Positions 62,089-64,000 of a stretch of DNA of 64,000 bases are shown piece by piece. The translations under genes were made by a program, and so were the position numbers. The notes under the pieces are model-generated. The model did no database searches. It saw only the letters and a program-made list of their open reading frames with translations, and was not told where the DNA came from. Position 1 is the first letter of the stretch. Each line of letters begins with the position of its first letter. This stretch comes from Prochlorococcus sp. AG-436-D21 (GTDB taxonomy: Bacteria > Cyanobacteriota > Cyanobacteriia > PCC-6307 > Cyanobiaceae): positions 4,952 through 68,951 of the forward strand of contig QCPF01000003.1 in assembly GCA_003212655.1 (NCBI GenBank). The letters are read 5' to 3'.

Positions 62089-62106
62089 ATTTGATTTGGG
62101 AAGAAA

Positions 62107-63180
62107 TTAAACAGTAGCTTTTACTTTTGGATCCAAATCACCTTTTGCGTAAAGATCAGCAAAATAATTAGTGCTGTTTTGTTTGATCTTACTTGCTTGA
62201 CCTTCGCACCAGAACTGCTTGTATCTATCAAGACAAACTTGCTTCATGTATTTTCTAGCAGGCTTGTTGAAATGTCTTGGGTCGAAGTTTGCCTTATCAG
62301 CAAATGCTGCCTCTCTAACCGCGGCAGTGAAGGCAAGTCTGTTATCAGTATCAATGTTGACTTTCCTAACTCCATTTCTTATTCCCTCTTGAATTTCTTC
62401 AACAGGAACACCATATGTTTGAGGAATTTCACCGCCATATTTGTTAATGATATCCAACCATTCTTGAGGAACTGAACTAGATCCATGCATTACAAGATGG
62501 GTATTTGGAAGTGCTTTATGAATTTCAGCAATTCTGCTTATTGCAAGAACTTCTCCTGTAGGCTTTCTTGTAAATTTATAAGCACCATGACTTGTTCCTA
62601 TAGCAATAGCTAAAGCATCGACTTTTGTTTTAGCTACAAAATCTGCAGCTTCTTCAGGATCAGTCAGAAGCATATCTGTAGAAAGTTCACCTTCAAATCC
62701 ATGACCATCTTCCGCTTCACCTTTTCCTGTCTCTAATGAACCTAAGCAACCCAACTCTCCTTCAACACTAACTCCAACTGAATGAGCAAAATCTACTACT
62801 TTTTTAGTAACTGCAACATTATATTCGTAACTAGCAGGTGTTTTTGCATCTGCCTCTAGAGAACCGTCCATCATTACTGATGTGAAACCATTTATTGCTG
62901 CTGAATAACATGTTGATGGCTCATTACCGTGGTCTTGGTGCATTACCACTGGAATATTAGGATATGTTTCTGTAGCAGCAAGGATTAGATGACGTAGGAA
63001 AATTTCTCCTGCATAATTTCTTGCCCCTCTTGAAGCTTGGAGGATTACAGGACTATCAGTTTCATATGCTGCTTCCATGATTGCTTGAACTTGTTCAAGG
63101 TTATTAACATTGAAAGCTGGAATACCGTAACCATTCTCAGCAGCGTGATCTAAAAGTAGTCTTAGTGGAACGAGGGCCAT
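62107..63180 (-). CDS. fba: Class II fructose-bisphosphate aldolase
   Basis: [32 protein letters not shown] and KVNIDTD motifs. Confidence 0.97.
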   Translation of the reverse strand: MALVPLRLLLDHAAENGYGIPAFNVNNLEQVQAIMEAAYETDSPVILQASRGARNYAGEIFLRHLILAATETYPNIPVVMHQDHGNEPSTCYSAAINGFTSVMMDGSLEADAKTPASYEYNVAVTKKVVDFAHSVGVSVEGELGCLGSLETGKGEAEDGHGFEGELSTDMLLTDPEEAADFVAKTKVDALAIAIGTSHGAYKFTRKPTGEVLAISRIAEIHKALPNTHLVMHGSSSVPQEWLDIINKYGGEIPQTYGVPVEEIQEGIRNGVRKVNIDTDNRLAFTAAVREAAFADKANFDPRHFNKPARKYMKQVCLDRYKQFWCEGQASKIKQNSTNYFADLYAKGDLDPKVKATV

Positions 63181-63327
63181 AATTAAAATAAGTTAAATGC
63201 TATATAAAGCATATGTTTCCGAGAGTTTAGTATAAAGAGGTATCAAATGTCACGTCATTAGATATACAAAATACTAAATTAAAGAAACTTATTTTATGAC
63301 CCAGAGTACATTTTTAGGATTTTTTAG

Positions 63328-64000
63328 TTAATAAGTGTAGCCAGCCACAAACAATTGCTCATCAGATGAAGGTTGAGATCCTGCTACATAGGCACCTTTT
63401 GAAGCTTCAGAGTTTGCTCGAGCTCTTGCTATTAATGCTTTTTGGCCTCCTTCAACGTCGCTTCCTTTCCACGCCTTTAAGCATGAGTGCTGTAATGCTC
63501 TTCCATAGGAGAATGAAACATTCCATAAAGCTTTCCTGTAAAGAGTGTTCATATTATTTAGATAAACAGAAGCAGCTTCTTCGCTTAACCCTCCTGATAA
63601 GAATACTATTCCAGGAACAGATGCAGGAACGCATCTTTCCATAGTTCTAATTGTCATTTCAGCAACCTTCATAGGATCAGCCTTTGTTGGGCAATCTGCT
63701 CCATTAACAGTCATAGAAGGTTTTAATAGAGTGCCTTCTAGAAAAACTCCATTTGCTTGACAGGCAATATAAACCTGCTTTATTACCTCTTCTTGAACTT
63801 CAGCAGTTTTTTCAATAGTATGGTCGCCGTCCATTAAGATTTCAGGTTCAATAATTGGTACTAAACCAGATTCTTGAACTGATCTTGCATACCTTGCTAA
63901 TCCCCAAGCATTCTCTTGAATTGATAGTTTTGAAGGACAACCATCATTTGTAATTTGCAGAACTGCTCTCCACTTTGCAAATCTGGCACCTTGTTCATAA
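63328..64000 (-). CDS. Class I fructose-bisphosphate aldolase (5' partial; frame open to the window end)
   Basis: GARFAKWR, LVPIIEPEILMDG, TLLKPSM, FLSGG and FSYGRALQ motifs; C-terminal Tyr. Confidence 0.94.
   Translation of the reverse strand, partial: YEQGARFAKWRAVLQITNDGCPSKLSIQENAWGLARYARSVQESGLVPIIEPEILMDGDHTIEKTAEVQEEVIKQVYIACQANGVFLEGTLLKPSMTVNGADCPTKADPMKVAEMTIRTMERCVPASVPGIVFLSGGLSEEAASVYLNNMNTLYRKALWNVSFSYGRALQHSCLKAWKGSDVEGGQKALIARARANSEASKGAYVAGSQPSSDEQLFVAGYTY

Noticed and set aside
63240-63253. GTA-N8-CAC near the fba promoter as an NtcA site
   Set aside because: Imperfect palindrome with no correctly spaced -10 element

Overview
A low-GC, gene-dense chromosomal window from a marine picocyanobacterium. 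Gene order and protein sequences point to a high-light Prochlorococcus (inference). Layout: (1) 1-7.8 kb is a phosphate-acquisition locus (partial pstS, pstCAB) interrupted by an ArsR-controlled gap-arsJ-chrA arsenate module with a clear palindromic operator. (2) 7.8-8.8 kb holds small unannotated ORFs and structured elements. (3) 9.0-17.5 kb is the four-gene ligase-associated DNA-damage operon (exonuclease, ATP-dependent ligase, Lhr-type helicase, PdeM), preceded on the same strand by an RHH-like regulator, a DUF2130-like protein and a stand-alone IF2-N protein. (4) 17.7-21.7 kb is a dense cluster of microproteins, including an apparent paralogous 'LxxMH' helical family, tandem NtcA-type boxes and petN. 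(5) 21.7-64 kb is core genome (psb29, clpP, ftsH, sipA, M16 peptidases, pcyA, devBCA, rpsB-tsf, recG, sir, glyS, chlP, typA, lptB, ccsA, rpe, glpX, hemA, glgC, gnd, pgl, ilvD, upp, cobW, purSQ, class II and class I aldolases). I saw no tRNA, rRNA, CRISPR array, IS element or prophage. The most interesting leads are the microprotein family with NtcA-like boxes, an Rpe with both metal-ligand His replaced by Gln, and several sub-60-aa ORFs that the ORF track misses. All calls come from motif recognition by eye; no database searches were run.
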